This document shows positions 36,227 through 46,667 of a stretch of DNA of 64,000 nt, in pieces. The position numbers were made by a program, and so were the translations under genes. The number at the start of each line of letters is the position of its first letter. Position 1 is the first letter of the stretch. The notes under the pieces were generated by a model, which did not search any database, was not told the origin of the DNA, and saw nothing but the letters and a program-made list of their open reading frames with translations. Source of the stretch: an uncultured Bacteroidales bacterium (GTDB taxonomy: Bacteria; Bacteroidota; Bacteroidia; Bacteroidales; WCHB1-69); NCBI GenBank assembly GCA_946413585.1, contig CAMKLG010000008.1:7026-71025 (forward strand), read 5' to 3'.

Positions 36227-37882
36227 ATGAATGCAGATAAAATCATAAAAAACGCAAAAATCTTCACATCGAATACAGATAATTTACAAGCTACCGCTTT
36301 GGTGGTGAAAGATGGCAAATTCGTTTATGTGGGCGACGAGGCCGGCCTCGCCAACTATGAAGGAGAGATTACAGACCTGGGCGGCAAGTTCATCATGCCC
36401 GGCATCATCGACAGCCATGTGCATATAACCATTCCCGTAGGTTTTGAGTACGCCCCTATGGGAGAGCGCATTGAGCCAAACGGCAAGCAGGAAGCTCTGG
36501 ATGTGATGGCGGACTATATCAAGAAGCATCCCGGCGAGAAGCGTTACAGATTCCTTATGGAGAAAAGGTTCCTCAAAGGTGAGGATATCGTAAAAGAGGA
36601 ACTTGACGCCATCTGTCCGGATGCCGAGCTACAGATTCAGGAAGGGGAAGGACACAGCATCTGGGTAAATTCCAAGATCCTTCAAAGGCACGGCATTACA
36701 GACGACACACCGGATCCTATACCTGGACTGGCGTATTACGTGCGAAAGGACGGACATGTGACCGGAAATATGTATGAGGGTGCAACAGAAGTCCGTATCA
36801 TTCTGGACGGCGGGATGGAACTTACCGATGAACAGATTGATGCGGCGCTTCAGCGCTGGATCGACTTTTCCGTCGAATATGGAATTTCTGCGGTATTTGA
36901 TGCCGGACTTCCGGGCGATATGAAGTTCCATGAGAAAGTCTATAAGCGTCTGGTAGAACTGGACAAGCAGGGAAAACTGCCCGTTTATGTTGACGGCAGC
37001 CTTGTGGTGAACTCGGAGAGGGATGCAGAGGAGGGCCTGAAGGAACTGAAGCGCATACAGCGTGAGTATAACACAGAGCACCTCAAGGTCCATACCATGA
37101 AGGTTTTCATGGACGGTACTCAGAAGATTCATACCGCCGCCATGGTCACGCCATACGTGGATGTCCATACGACGGGATCTACTGCTTTTTCCGCGGAAGG
37201 AATCGCAAAGCTTTTGAAGAATCTCAATGACGAGAATCTGGATCTTCATCTTCACACCGTGGGTGAGCGCGCGTCACGCACGGTATTGGATGGCGTAGAG
37301 ATGGCCAAAAAGGAGATGGGTGACAACCTCCACGTAAGAGTTACCTGCGCCCATCTTGAAATTGAGTGCGACGATGATCTGGATCGTTTCGCTAAGCTCG
37401 GCGTCTTCGCCAACTTTACACCGCATTGGCACTCCGGAGACCCCGCTATTGCGGCTACCTGGCTCGGTATGGAACGTGCACGCAAAATGTTCCGCTGCAA
37501 ATCGGTTTGGGACAGCGGCGCCACGGTGGCCTGGTCCAGCGACAATATCGTCTTTATGGATTTCACCACCTGGAACCCCTACTTAGGCATGGAGGTGGGA
37601 ATGACCCGCTGGATTACCGAAAAGACCAAGGACTACCCATTCACCGTAGCGGCCAAAGTATTCCCGCCTGAGAGTGAGAGGATGAGCATTGAAGAAATGC
37701 TCATAGGCTATACCATCAACGGTGCCAAACAGCTTGGCATTGAGGCGAAAAAAGGCTCCATCGAAGTCGGCAAGGATGCGGACTTCTTGGTGTTCGACAA
37801 GAACCTCCTGACAGCAGAGAAGGAAGGTTTCAGCTACAACAAGCCCAAGGAGGTGTATTTCAGCGGAAAGAAGATAAATTAA
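36227..37882 (+). CDS. Amidohydrolase (Amidohydro_3 / YtcJ-like metal-dependent hydrolase), AH1
   Basis: ALVVKDGKFVYVGD...GKFIMPGIIDSHVHI (HxH)...HLHTVGERA...GSIEVGKDADFLVFD. No signal peptide. Confidence 0.8.
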   Translation: MNADKIIKNAKIFTSNTDNLQATALVVKDGKFVYVGDEAGLANYEGEITDLGGKFIMPGIIDSHVHITIPVGFEYAPMGERIEPNGKQEALDVMADYIKKHPGEKRYRFLMEKRFLKGEDIVKEELDAICPDAELQIQEGEGHSIWVNSKILQRHGITDDTPDPIPGLAYYVRKDGHVTGNMYEGATEVRIILDGGMELTDEQIDAALQRWIDFSVEYGISAVFDAGLPGDMKFHEKVYKRLVELDKQGKLPVYVDGSLVVNSERDAEEGLKELKRIQREYNTEHLKVHTMKVFMDGTQKIHTAAMVTPYVDVHTTGSTAFSAEGIAKLLKNLNDENLDLHLHTVGERASRTVLDGVEMAKKEMGDNLHVRVTCAHLEIECDDDLDRFAKLGVFANFTPHWHSGDPAIAATWLGMERARKMFRCKSVWDSGATVAWSSDNIVFMDFTTWNPYLGMEVGMTRWITEKTKDYPFTVAAKVFPPESERMSIEEMLIGYTINGAKQLGIEAKKGSIEVGKDADFLVFDKNLLTAEKEGFSYNKPKEVYFSGKKIN

Positions 37883-37924
37883 CACTTAAGTCACTGGAAT
37901 CAAATCAATCCATAAAAAAGAACT

Positions 37925-39505
37925 ATGGATGCTCAAGAGATTAGAGACGCGTTGCACGACATGTACGGCGGCGAAAACAAGCCTATTAGCGACGGCCATT
38001 ATGACCCGTCGCTGGCCGTCAAATGCATCAACGGTACTTTCGTCGGCAGGAAGACGGAGAATATCATTGTATTCAGAGGTATCCCTTATGTCGGCAAGCA
38101 ACCGGTCGGGGCTCTGCGCTGGAAAGCACCGCTAGATGCAACTCCCGACGACGGCGTATATGAGGCCTATTACAATGCGAAAAGTTCCTACGGTAATGGA
38201 CAGTTGGAGACGGGCTCCCTTTACTATATGGATGAAGACTGCCTATATCTGAATGTATGGAAGTCGAATAACACCCCTGACCAGAAAAAGCCAGTTATGG
38301 TATGGATTCATGGCGGTGCTTTCGAGGCAGGCGGCACCATCGACCCGATGTTTGACTGTATCAATTTCGTGAAAGAGAATCCAGATGTCGTGGTGGTTAC
38401 CATCGCGTACCGACTCGGCGCGATGGGCTTCTTGCATCTGTCCCACCTGCCAGACGGCAAAGATTACCCAGACGCACAGAACTTGGGACTTCTGGATCAG
38501 GTCAAGGCACTGAAGTGGGTGCATGAGAACATCGCCGGTTTTGGCGGCGATCCCGACAACATGACCATTTTCGGGGAATCCGCAGGTGCCGCAAGCTGTA
38601 CTATGCTTCCGCTAATCAAAGGCTCTCATCTGTATTTCAAACGGCTTATTGCGGAAAGCGGTGCCGTCAACCAAACGAGATCCCCTGAAGAAGGTATCGC
38701 CTGCACCAACAAGCTGATGGACGTGCTCGGCTGCAAAACCGTTGCCGACCTATTGAAGGTGAGCGGCGAGAAGCTCTTGGAAGCCTCTGCAGTAAATTTT
38801 GTTCACCAGATGCCCGAAAGAGACGGAAAACATCTGCCCACAGACACCTTTGCAGCCTACGCCAATGGTGCAGCAAAGGACATAGAAATTCTTGTGGGTT
38901 GCAACAAGGATGAAATGGACTTTTTCGTTTCCAGTTTCGGTCTGGAAGGCTGGGACAAGTGGATTGCTGAGCGAAAACAAGAGAAGTTTGCCCACCTGCT
39001 GGCGGAAGAGAAAGCACTGGTCGAGAGCTACATGAAAGATGTGAAGGGTGACTACTACGAACCCGACAGTCGACTGTTCAGCCAGAGCTGGTTTATTGCT
39101 CCTATCATTAAACTGTCGGAGTGCCAAACCCAAGGCGGTGGCAAAGCTTATACCTACTATTTCACGCCGGAGTCGCCTGATCCGATCATGAAGTGCGGGC
39201 ATGCCATCGAGCTTTCGGTTGTGTTCAATCATCCAGAGTTCACTGCAGACACGGGACGCGCATTCGACGAAACCTTCTGCAAAACCATGCGCAAGATGTG
39301 GGTGCAGTTCGCCAAAACCGGCAATCCCTCGCTCAACATCGACATCTCTCCGGACGGCAAGGACAAAGTATGGCCACTCTACGACCTGAAGGACAAACGG
39401 GTGATGGTGCTCGACGAGTTCGACATCCATCCCGCAAAGGAATCCGAGGTGAAAATCGTGGATTGGGAAAGAACCTATTTCCTAACCAAGTATTATATGC
39501 TTTAA
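37925..39505 (+). CDS. Type-B carboxylesterase/lipase (PnbA-like), CE1
   Basis: EDCLYLNVW...VMVWIHGGAFEAGG...FGESAGAAS (nucleophile elbow). No signal peptide. Confidence 0.88.
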   Translation: MDAQEIRDALHDMYGGENKPISDGHYDPSLAVKCINGTFVGRKTENIIVFRGIPYVGKQPVGALRWKAPLDATPDDGVYEAYYNAKSSYGNGQLETGSLYYMDEDCLYLNVWKSNNTPDQKKPVMVWIHGGAFEAGGTIDPMFDCINFVKENPDVVVVTIAYRLGAMGFLHLSHLPDGKDYPDAQNLGLLDQVKALKWVHENIAGFGGDPDNMTIFGESAGAASCTMLPLIKGSHLYFKRLIAESGAVNQTRSPEEGIACTNKLMDVLGCKTVADLLKVSGEKLLEASAVNFVHQMPERDGKHLPTDTFAAYANGAAKDIEILVGCNKDEMDFFVSSFGLEGWDKWIAERKQEKFAHLLAEEKALVESYMKDVKGDYYEPDSRLFSQSWFIAPIIKLSECQTQGGGKAYTYYFTPESPDPIMKCGHAIELSVVFNHPEFTADTGRAFDETFCKTMRKMWVQFAKTGNPSLNIDISPDGKDKVWPLYDLKDKRVMVLDEFDIHPAKESEVKIVDWERTYFLTKYYML

Positions 39506-39538
39506 TGTGTTTTATAAACAACCAAAAATTATAAAACA

Positions 39539-41134
39539 ATGAATGTAAGTGAAGTAGAAAAACAACTGATGCCTCAGTATGGGGAAAATCAGACAATTAT
39601 AAACAGCAATTACGACAAATCGTTGGCTGTCAAATGTATTAACGGAACCTTCGTCGGCAAGAAAAAGGAGAATATCATTTCCTACAAAGGCATTCCTTTT
39701 GTCGGACAACAGCCCGTCGGCAATTTGCGCTGGAAAGCTCCCGTGGATGTCACTCCGGACAATGGGGTATATGAGGCTTATTATTATGGGAAAAGCCCCG
39801 TCCAATCACCAGGCGACCCTGCCGCTCTTTATCCTATGGGGGAAGACTGCCTGTACCTGAACATCTGGAAGGCTGACGAGACAACGGCAGAGAAAAAACC
39901 GGTCATTGTGTGGATTTACGGTGGCGGCTTCGAAGTAGGTGGAGTGACGGACCCTCAGTATGATTGCCATAAATTCATCCAGGAAAACCCCGAAGTCATT
40001 GTCGTGACCATCGCTTACAGGGTCAGCTTCTTCGGTTTCCTGCATCTGTCTCACCTGTCAGACGGCAAGGACTATCAAGATGCATCCAACCTGGGACTCA
40101 TGGACCAAATCATGGCGTTGAAGTGGGTTCATGAGAATATTGCTGCCTTCGGCGGCGACCCCGACAACGTGACCATCTGGGGCGAGTCTGCCGGCGGTGG
40201 AAGCTGTACTCTACTTCCGCTGATTAAAGGCTCCCATCAGTATTTCAAGCGCGTCATCTCACAGAGCGGCGCTCCCGCCCAGATGAGAAGTGCGGAGCAA
40301 GCCATCGCATGTACGGACAAGTTGATGGAGGAACTCGGCTGCAAGACCGTTGCCGACCTGCGGAAGCTCAGTGCCGAGGAAATCGCCAATACATGGACAC
40401 GTTTGTACGGGTTTTATCAAGTGCTCGGCATACGCACCTTCCCAGAGAGAGACGGCCATTACCTACCGCTGGATCCGTGGGAGGCCTACGCAAACGGGGC
40501 AGCGAAGGACATTGAGTTCCTTCAGGGCTGCGACAAAGATGAGATGAACACCTTCCTGGGAGCCATCGGCGTGGAGGCCTGGAATGCGTGGGCCGATGAG
40601 CGCAAGGCAGAAAAACTCGCCCAACTGGCGGACAAGGAAAAAGAGCTGGTAGAGAGCTGGTGCAACGAAATTCAGGGAGAAAGCTATGAACCTACCGTAC
40701 AACTCTTCAGCCAAATCATGTTTATCGCGCCGCAAATCAGACTGTCGGAGGAACAAGCCAAGGCCGGCGGCAAGTCTTACACCTACTACTACAGGGTTGA
40801 ATCCTCCCTGCCTTTGATAAAAGCCGGTCATGCCTCTGAACTGTCGGTGGTATTTGCCCACCCGGAGCTCGACGACTTCACGGGAAGAGCATACGACGAA
40901 ACCTTCTGCAAAACCATGCGCAAGATGTGGGTACAGTTCGCCAAAACCGGCAATCCGTCGCTCAGCGCAGACATATCTCCCGACGGCAAGGCCAAGGAGT
41001 GGCCGCTCTACGACCAGAAAGACAGGCAGGTGATGGTGCTCGACGAGCATGACATCCATGTGGCAAAGGAATCCGAACTGAAAATCGTGGATTGGGAGAG
41101 AACCTATTTCCTGACCAACTACTATATGCCTTGA
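39539..41134 (+). CDS. Type-B carboxylesterase/lipase, CE2 (close paralog of CE1)
   Basis: EDCLYLNIW...VIVWIYGGGFEVGG...WGESAGGGS. No signal peptide. Confidence 0.88.
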   Translation: MNVSEVEKQLMPQYGENQTIINSNYDKSLAVKCINGTFVGKKKENIISYKGIPFVGQQPVGNLRWKAPVDVTPDNGVYEAYYYGKSPVQSPGDPAALYPMGEDCLYLNIWKADETTAEKKPVIVWIYGGGFEVGGVTDPQYDCHKFIQENPEVIVVTIAYRVSFFGFLHLSHLSDGKDYQDASNLGLMDQIMALKWVHENIAAFGGDPDNVTIWGESAGGGSCTLLPLIKGSHQYFKRVISQSGAPAQMRSAEQAIACTDKLMEELGCKTVADLRKLSAEEIANTWTRLYGFYQVLGIRTFPERDGHYLPLDPWEAYANGAAKDIEFLQGCDKDEMNTFLGAIGVEAWNAWADERKAEKLAQLADKEKELVESWCNEIQGESYEPTVQLFSQIMFIAPQIRLSEEQAKAGGKSYTYYYRVESSLPLIKAGHASELSVVFAHPELDDFTGRAYDETFCKTMRKMWVQFAKTGNPSLSADISPDGKAKEWPLYDQKDRQVMVLDEHDIHVAKESELKIVDWERTYFLTNYYMP

Positions 41135-41192
41135 CAGGTACAACCGCGCAAACGGTAAGAGATCAAGTTTAAGAAATAAAAAAACAATATAA

Positions 41193-42857
41193 ATGAAACA
41201 GACGATTATTCTTGGCAACATCATCACGATGGATGAAAAAAGGCCCTTTGCCAAGGCCGCATTAGTAAAGGACGGCGTGTTTGCCTATATCGGCAGCGCG
41301 GAGGAAACGAAAAGACTCGCCAATGCAGTAGGAGATCACGCCTCCGATTGTGACACACAAGTGCTGGACTACGGTGACAATTTCATCTATCCGGGCTTCC
41401 TTGAATCTCACTGCCACGGCCATTTCGCCGGCGACCGCTTTATCGGACAGGCGAACCTCGTGCCAGTTGGCATGACCGACTACGCCAAATACCGCGAAAT
41501 CATCAAAGAGTTTATAGCAAAGAACCCAAACAACCAGATATACAGAGCATCTGGGTGGGTAGAAAACGATGAATACGTCTCCAAAGCCTATCTTGACGAG
41601 ATCTGCACCGATAAGCCGCTGCTCATGCAAACCGGCAGCGGACATTCCATGTTGCTCAACACCAAGGCTCTGGAATGGGCTGGTATTGATGCAGCATACG
41701 CAAAGAAAATCGGTTATGATATGGTTCATGTGGACAAGAACGGCGAGCCAGACGGTTACATTTGTGAAAATCCAGTGATGGAAATCCTGACTAAGCTCCC
41801 CACAACCATTGAGGATGGTAAAAACTATCTCCTTGCTTGGCAAGATTTTGCTTTACAAAACGGTTATACTGCTGTCGGTGACGCTGGTGCGGAGATTTTC
41901 TACTCCAAATCCCCCGAAGCATACCACGAACTGGAAAAGGAAGGCAAACTGAAGTTACGCACATTCGCCTATTCGTTGACTACCGATAATGTAGCGGACG
42001 CGAAGGCGGAGGTTGCCCGAATCGCTGCAGATCGCGCCAAATACAATGGTGAATACTTCCAAATTATTGGGGTCAAGGCTTTCTTGGACGGCGTGACCGA
42101 AGCGCACACCGCTTGGCAGAATCAAGATTACCTCGATCAGCCCGGTTATCACGGTGTGGAACGCTTCAACGACCACGACAAGATGGTGAACCTGATCGTA
42201 GAGGCAGACAAGGAGGGTCTCGCTGTCCATGTCCACTCCGAAGGTGGCGGCGCAACGCACTTCATGCTGGGTTGTATTGAAGACGCAGAAAAGATTACCG
42301 GTGATAAAGATCAACGCAACGTGCTGGCGCATCTGCACTTCGTCACGGACGAGGATATCCGCCGGATGGCTGAAACAGGTTCTGTACCGGCAGTTGCGCC
42401 GCTTTGGTCGCCTGCGGTTTCGGTCATATACAACCAGGAAGTCGCATACGTCGGCAAGGAATTGGCCGATCAGGCGTACCCCATTAAGTCCTTCTATGAT
42501 GCAGGTGCCAATGTGGTCTTCCACTCAGACTATCCCATTTCTCCGATGATGAATGTCAAATACAGCATTTACACGGCTGAAAAACGTTCCTATCCGAAAG
42601 AAGCGTTCGGCGGTATAGATTCTCCGCGCAATCTCAAGGAGGCCATCACCCGTGAACAATCGCTGCGCGCCATGACCATCAACGTGGCCCGTCAGTGGCA
42701 TCAGGAGCATCGCATGGGTTCCATCGAATTCGGCAAAATCGCCAATATGACGGTGTATGACTGCGACTTCCTGCATGACGATATTGAGAAGGTCGCACAA
42801 GCTAACATCGTAGCCACCATCGTTGATGGTGAGGAAGTCTATAAAGCAAGCCGATAA
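41193..42857 (+). CDS. Amidohydrolase (Amidohydro_3 / YtcJ-like), AH2
   Basis: ALVKDGVFAYIGS...FIYPGFLESHCHGH...HVHSEGGGA...GSIEFGKIANMTVYD. No signal peptide. Confidence 0.8.
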   Translation: MKQTIILGNIITMDEKRPFAKAALVKDGVFAYIGSAEETKRLANAVGDHASDCDTQVLDYGDNFIYPGFLESHCHGHFAGDRFIGQANLVPVGMTDYAKYREIIKEFIAKNPNNQIYRASGWVENDEYVSKAYLDEICTDKPLLMQTGSGHSMLLNTKALEWAGIDAAYAKKIGYDMVHVDKNGEPDGYICENPVMEILTKLPTTIEDGKNYLLAWQDFALQNGYTAVGDAGAEIFYSKSPEAYHELEKEGKLKLRTFAYSLTTDNVADAKAEVARIAADRAKYNGEYFQIIGVKAFLDGVTEAHTAWQNQDYLDQPGYHGVERFNDHDKMVNLIVEADKEGLAVHVHSEGGGATHFMLGCIEDAEKITGDKDQRNVLAHLHFVTDEDIRRMAETGSVPAVAPLWSPAVSVIYNQEVAYVGKELADQAYPIKSFYDAGANVVFHSDYPISPMMNVKYSIYTAEKRSYPKEAFGGIDSPRNLKEAITREQSLRAMTINVARQWHQEHRMGSIEFGKIANMTVYDCDFLHDDIEKVAQANIVATIVDGEEVYKASR

Positions 42858-42863
42858 ACTACT

Positions 42864-43334
42864 ATGAAAAAACTTTTTTTGACATTTATAATCGTAGCTG
42901 CTGTGGCAGCAAGTTTCATGAGTTGCGAAAAGACCACCATTGATTCGGACACTCACACCCAGAAATTCACAATAGGTTCGGACACCTACGACATCAAAAA
43001 CGCTTTCACCATCGAAAGCTCAAAGACAGCGGTATGATTTACAACGCCATAGTATTGTCGCAAAGTGAGGAAGTCGGTAGCTTCGGCAGTAGAACCAAAG
43101 GGATCGTTATCGTTTTCAGAGGCGACATCACGCCAGGCTCCTACAACCTTGTTTACGACCCGCAAGAGCCTTCAATCACTCAAGTTCGCCTCAAGCGGTG
43201 AAGCCACCGTGGCAAGAAACGGCGACATCTATACCATCAACATGACTGGATTGGCATTTAACGGTATATCCGGCTCACCGACACTACATTATGTTGGAAC
43301 CATGCCTAACTTTGATTTTCCGTTCTCTGAGTGA
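42864..43334 (+). pseudogene. Small lipoprotein gene disrupted by two compensating frameshifts
   Basis: Frame 0: MKKLFLTFIIVAAVAASFMSCEKTT...TIESSKTAV*, stop at 43035. Protein-like sequence continues in another frame from 43034 (IYNAIVLSQSEEVGSFGSRTKGIVIVFRGDITPGSYNLVYDP...), stop at 43199. It then returns to frame 0 (SGEATVARNGDIYTINMTGLAFNG...FPFSE*). Confidence 0.65.
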
Positions 43335-43385
43335 TAAGTAGATGCGTTTATTGTATGCAGTTTCATTTTAAAACACACTAAATTA

Positions 43386-44969
43386 ATGAATGACATGAAC
43401 GAGAATAAAAAAATAAACGACAGTAATTACGATAAGTCGCTGGCAGTGAAATGCGCCAACGGCACCTTCGTCGGCAAAAAGACCGACGAATTGATTATCT
43501 GGAAGGGCATTCCCTACGCAACTCAGCCGGTGGGCAAGCTTCGCTGGAAAAAGGCTCTTCCTGCCGCAGACGATGACGGCGTGTATGAAGCGACAAATCC
43601 CGGCCACGTCCCCATCGGGCCACTGAACGACTCGATGGGAACGGCGGAGTTCGGCGAGGACTGCCTCGTGCTGAACATATATTGCAATACCAGCTGCACT
43701 GACAGCAAGAAGCCGGTCATGGTGTGGATCCACGGCGGCGGGTTCTGCGCCGAATCCCAGGCGGCGCCCCTCTACGATCTCACAAACATCTCCAAACAGT
43801 ACCCCGACATCCTGTTCGTGTCCATCGACTACCGGCTCGGCTTCATGGGATTCATGAATTTCGAGCGGGTTCCAGGCGGAGAGAACTTCAAGGAGGCAGG
43901 CAACCTCGGACTGCTTGATCAGCTCGAGGCCCTCAGGTGGGTACAGAAAAACATCGCTGGCTTTGGCGGCAATCCGGACAACGTGACCATTTTCGGTGAG
44001 TCGGCAGGCTCGGCAAGCGTCACCTTCCTCCCGCTCATCGACGGAAGCGAGGGGCTCTTCAGGAGATGCATCGCTCAGAGCGCCAACATTGCCTACTGTG
44101 ACACGATGGAGCACGGCATCCACGTTACGCAGAACTTCCTGACCGCAACGGGCTGCCAGACCATGGACGAGCTGATGGAACTCACCACTGAGCAACTTGT
44201 AGATGCCTATCTGAAAGCGTATGCCATAGACAAGAACTGCCTTCTCGGAGGTGCCAACTTCCCACTCCTCGACGGCGTCACGTTGCCTGAAGATCGAGCA
44301 GTCATGTACGGGATGTGGGGAGACGAAAAAAGGTCAAAGATCGATTTAATGATTGGGTCTAACTTGGACGAAATCAGGTACTTCGTTCCACTCGAAGGCG
44401 GTGAAGAAGGCTTTGCGAATACGCTGAGATGGATTGCGAAGAGAGACCGCGCACTGCTCAATGACCAGGAAAAGGCCATGTATGACGAGTTCATGGCCAC
44501 GCTCGCAAACGAAAGCGAGGGGAGCAGGTTGGAGCAATACTGTAACGACATCAACTTCCGCGCCGGTAACACCAATATGGCCATCAGGCACGCTGCCGCC
44601 GGCGGCAACACCTACATGTATTTCATCAAGAAGCCGGTGACAACCCCCGAGCTTGGTGCGGTACACGCGGCTGAGATTCCGTACCTGTTCGACAATTGCA
44701 TTCTGGACCCGATGGGAAGCGGAAAGATCGTTTCGAACGAAGAGTGCGAGTTCCGCCATGTTGTAAAGGAAATGTGGGCCAACTTCGCCCGGACAGGTAA
44801 CCCCTCCACCGACAAATACGAGTGGAAGAAGTTCTCGGGAGACGACCGCCAGACGATGGTCTTCGACGATGCCATCGGCATGCAGAAGGATCTGTTCGGA
44901 AGGCGAGAGGACCTGATGATGTCCTGGGCAGAACGCCTCGGGAACGGGTCGTCCAAGAGGGTATGCTAA
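43386..44969 (+). CDS. Type-B carboxylesterase/lipase, CE3
   Basis: EDCLVLNIY...VMVWIHGGGF...FGESAGSAS. No signal peptide. G+C looks very high. Confidence 0.88.
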   Translation: MNDMNENKKINDSNYDKSLAVKCANGTFVGKKTDELIIWKGIPYATQPVGKLRWKKALPAADDDGVYEATNPGHVPIGPLNDSMGTAEFGEDCLVLNIYCNTSCTDSKKPVMVWIHGGGFCAESQAAPLYDLTNISKQYPDILFVSIDYRLGFMGFMNFERVPGGENFKEAGNLGLLDQLEALRWVQKNIAGFGGNPDNVTIFGESAGSASVTFLPLIDGSEGLFRRCIAQSANIAYCDTMEHGIHVTQNFLTATGCQTMDELMELTTEQLVDAYLKAYAIDKNCLLGGANFPLLDGVTLPEDRAVMYGMWGDEKRSKIDLMIGSNLDEIRYFVPLEGGEEGFANTLRWIAKRDRALLNDQEKAMYDEFMATLANESEGSRLEQYCNDINFRAGNTNMAIRHAAAGGNTYMYFIKKPVTTPELGAVHAAEIPYLFDNCILDPMGSGKIVSNEECEFRHVVKEMWANFARTGNPSTDKYEWKKFSGDDRQTMVFDDAIGMQKDLFGRREDLMMSWAERLGNGSSKRVC

Positions 44970-45029
44970 CGCGGGCGTTGTAGCCATTAAATACAAAATC
45001 ACAAATAAAAAGATTAGGAGAATAAAACA

Positions 45030-46667
45030 ATGAATGATAAGAAAAGAGTATTCAAGGATTTAGTCCAATACGAGCCGTATGAGTACTTAAACAGTGAAAT
45101 CACGGGAAACTACGACGAGACCCATGCCGTGAAGTGTGTGAACGGCACCTTCGTCGGAACCGAAGAGAACGGGGTCGCGTCGTGGCTGGGTATCCCATAC
45201 GCGAAGGCACCCGTGGGCGAACGCCGTTTCAAGGCACCGGAATACGTGGATGCGAGCGACCGGGTCTTCGAGGCCAAGTACTACGGAAAGTGTTCTTTCG
45301 GCGCTGCCTATCCGGATTGCATTCAGAAGCTGACCTCCGAGGACTGCCTCTACCTTAACATCTGGGTCAACACCGATGACAAGACTGCGAAGAAGCCGGT
45401 GATGGTCTGGATCCACGGTGGGGCGTATGTCGCTGGCTCGGGCTCGCAGGCCTCATACAGCGGAGCCAACCTCGTTCAGAAGCAAAGTGACATCATTCTG
45501 GTGAACATCAACTATCGCCTGAACATGTATGGCTTCATGGATTTCTCGTCGGTGCCCGGTGGCGAAAACTTCAAGACGGCACCCTGCAACGGTCTGCTCG
45601 ACCAGGCTATGGCACTCAGGTGGGTACACGAGAACATCGCCGCTTTCGGTGGCGACCCCGACAACGTGACCATCTTCGGGCAAAGCGCCGGCGGTGGCTC
45701 GGTCTCCATTCTGCCGGTCATGAAGGAGGCGAACCAGTATTTCCAGAAGGTCATCGCCCAGAGCGGCTCAACCACCTTGGCCTTCCCAGTCGGCTGCGAA
45801 GCCGCTCAGGGCAAAACGAAGGCACTGCTCGAGTACACCGGCTGCAAGACCATGGACGACATCATGGCACTGTCCGAAGAGAAGCTCCAGGAAGCGTATG
45901 TCGGAGCGGTCGGCAAGTTCACGTCCTGCCCCTACTACGGAACTGAGGTGCTCCCCGAGGCACCCATCGAGCTGTACCGGAAAGGCTATGCAAAGCACAT
46001 ATCCATCATGGCAGGCAGCACGGCCGACGAGGCAAGGCTGTTCATGGGCGAGGGTCCGTGTCTGAACATGGAGGAGCAAAAGTTATTCGCCCAGCGCGCC
46101 GTGGGCGATGCAGCACACTGTCTAAAGGAAGAGGACAAGAAGTATTACGAGGAATTCTGGCGGGTCTGCAGATCCCAAGAACCCGGACTTATCGAGACGG
46201 AGTTCATCAATGAGCTCATGTTCAGGGTTCCCATGCTCCAACAACTCGACGCACAGAGCGCATTCAACAAGACGTTCTGCTACTACTGGTCATACCCAGG
46301 CAGCAATGCGGAGGTTGGAGCAGCACATTCTGTGGAACTCATATTCGTGTTCGACATTCGCTGCCTCGGGACGAACAGCACCTTCAACGGCACGAACATC
46401 TCCGAGAAGATCTACGCGGCCGTTCAGCAAATGTGGACCAATTTTGCACGCTTTGGCAACCCGTCAACAGACCAGATCGAATGGAAGGCTTACTCAGCCG
46501 ATGACCAGAACGTCCTGGACATCGCCGGACCAGACGACATCCGTATCAAGAAGGGCCTTCTGGCCGACCAGTACAAGGCCGTGCTCCCCTTGCTCGGCTA
46601 CTACCAGTTCATGGACAAGTTCTTTACCCCCGGCTACCTTTTAGATATCGTCGCTGCACGCAAGTAA
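45030..46667 (+). CDS. Type-B carboxylesterase/lipase, CE4
   Basis: EDCLYLNIW...VMVWIHGGAYVAGSG...FGQSAGGGS. No signal peptide. G+C looks very high. Confidence 0.88.
   Translation: MNDKKRVFKDLVQYEPYEYLNSEITGNYDETHAVKCVNGTFVGTEENGVASWLGIPYAKAPVGERRFKAPEYVDASDRVFEAKYYGKCSFGAAYPDCIQKLTSEDCLYLNIWVNTDDKTAKKPVMVWIHGGAYVAGSGSQASYSGANLVQKQSDIILVNINYRLNMYGFMDFSSVPGGENFKTAPCNGLLDQAMALRWVHENIAAFGGDPDNVTIFGQSAGGGSVSILPVMKEANQYFQKVIAQSGSTTLAFPVGCEAAQGKTKALLEYTGCKTMDDIMALSEEKLQEAYVGAVGKFTSCPYYGTEVLPEAPIELYRKGYAKHISIMAGSTADEARLFMGEGPCLNMEEQKLFAQRAVGDAAHCLKEEDKKYYEEFWRVCRSQEPGLIETEFINELMFRVPMLQQLDAQSAFNKTFCYYWSYPGSNAEVGAAHSVELIFVFDIRCLGTNSTFNGTNISEKIYAAVQQMWTNFARFGNPSTDQIEWKAYSADDQNVLDIAGPDDIRIKKGLLADQYKAVLPLLGYYQFMDKFFTPGYLLDIVAARK

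Noticed and set aside
43065-43334. 89-aa track ORF treated as an independent gene
   Set aside because: Only its C-terminal half looks protein-like. That half is contiguous, after two frameshifts, with the lipoprotein start at 42864, so it is called as one pseudogene.
40463-45030. Many long antisense or alternate-frame ORFs across the esterase/amidohydrolase genes (e.g. 40463..41254, 43383..44195, 44346..45002, 41955..42524)
   Set aside because: This is the expected artefact of GC-rich coding DNA, which has few stops in other frames. The sense frames carry complete COesterase and amidohydrolase motifs.
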